DNA of 64,000 bases, taken from a virus. This document shows, one piece after another, positions 63,775 to 64,000 of this stretch (its first letter is position 1; every line of letters begins with the position of its first letter). The stretch spans positions 35,701 through 99,700 of IMG/VR virus record IMGVR_UViG_3300048800_000035; one strand, 5' to 3'. Position numbers and translations under genes: made by a program. Under the pieces are notes generated by a model, which had not been told where the DNA came from, did not search any database, and was given only the letters and a program-made list of their open reading frames with translations.

Positions 63775-64000
63775 ATGAACAAGATCGAAAAACTCACGTC
63801 AGCACAAACCAAGAAACTTTCAGAGTACCGCGATAAGTGGATTGCTTACGGTCTTTCTACAGAACCGATTGACTTCGAGAAGTGCAAAGAGGCTGTGATT
63901 GAGGCTTATAAGTGTGCTGGACTCGAACCGCCAACGCTATTTATCCGATTGCGCTCACCGCTGGAGGGCGCAATCGGATCAGCGTTCCTAAAAAATATTC
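63775..64000 (+). CDS. DUF6745-like protein, 3' end beyond window
   Basis: MNKIEKLTSAQTKKLSEYRDKWIAYGLSTEPIDFEKCKEAVIEAYKCAGLEPPTLFIRLRSPLEGAIG; pattern W-GLSTEP-D-AY--AGL-PP--RL-SPL. Confidence 0.5.
   Translation, partial: MNKIEKLTSAQTKKLSEYRDKWIAYGLSTEPIDFEKCKEAVIEAYKCAGLEPPTLFIRLRSPLEGAIGSAFLKNI

Noticed and set aside
1-64000. Diversity-generating retroelement or retron
   Set aside because: Module duplications in fibres prompted a search, but no ORF in the track reads as a reverse transcriptase (no YxDD context) and no adenine-biased template/variable pair was noticed. Elements outside the window cannot be excluded.

Overview
The window looks like about 64 kb of a tailed (Caudoviricetes) phage or prophage genome. 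Position 1 falls inside an RtcB-type RNA ligase gene on the + strand. About 0.7-39 kb is mostly a minus-strand structural block, read right to left: small terminase, large terminase with an in-frame intein in its Walker A motif, HK97-type portal fused to a MuF-like domain, glycine-rich and repeat proteins, metallophosphoesterase, prohead protease, major capsid protein, small paralogous virion-like proteins, connector, tail tube, two overlapping pre-tape-measure ORFs with a candidate -1 frameshift, tape measure, and large modular tail/fibre proteins. About 39-55 kb is an accessory region: a + strand PD-(D/E)XK/HNH nuclease cassette, a radical SAM gene with a helix-turn-helix partner, MazG-like, SLOG/DUF2493-like, an AP2-HNH homing endonuclease, a tyrosine recombinase, two tRNA-Ser genes, a promoter-to-terminator noncoding RNA candidate, and a nuclease-HTH protein. 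About 55-64 kb is a + strand run of very small genes behind a ~700 bp intergenic control region rich in inverted repeats. It includes an XRE-type regulator, a methyltransferase, and a 3' pair resembling the DUF6745 gene neighbourhood. The strongest leads are the ~265-nt ncRNA candidate at 53.04-53.31 kb, the TerL intein, the three-copy TTATGTCAATGCAAA motif near promoters, the RtcB/two-tRNA-Ser combination, the three-gene nuclease cassette, and three dispersed copies of one uncharacterised protein family. All family calls are from motifs read by eye; no search was run.
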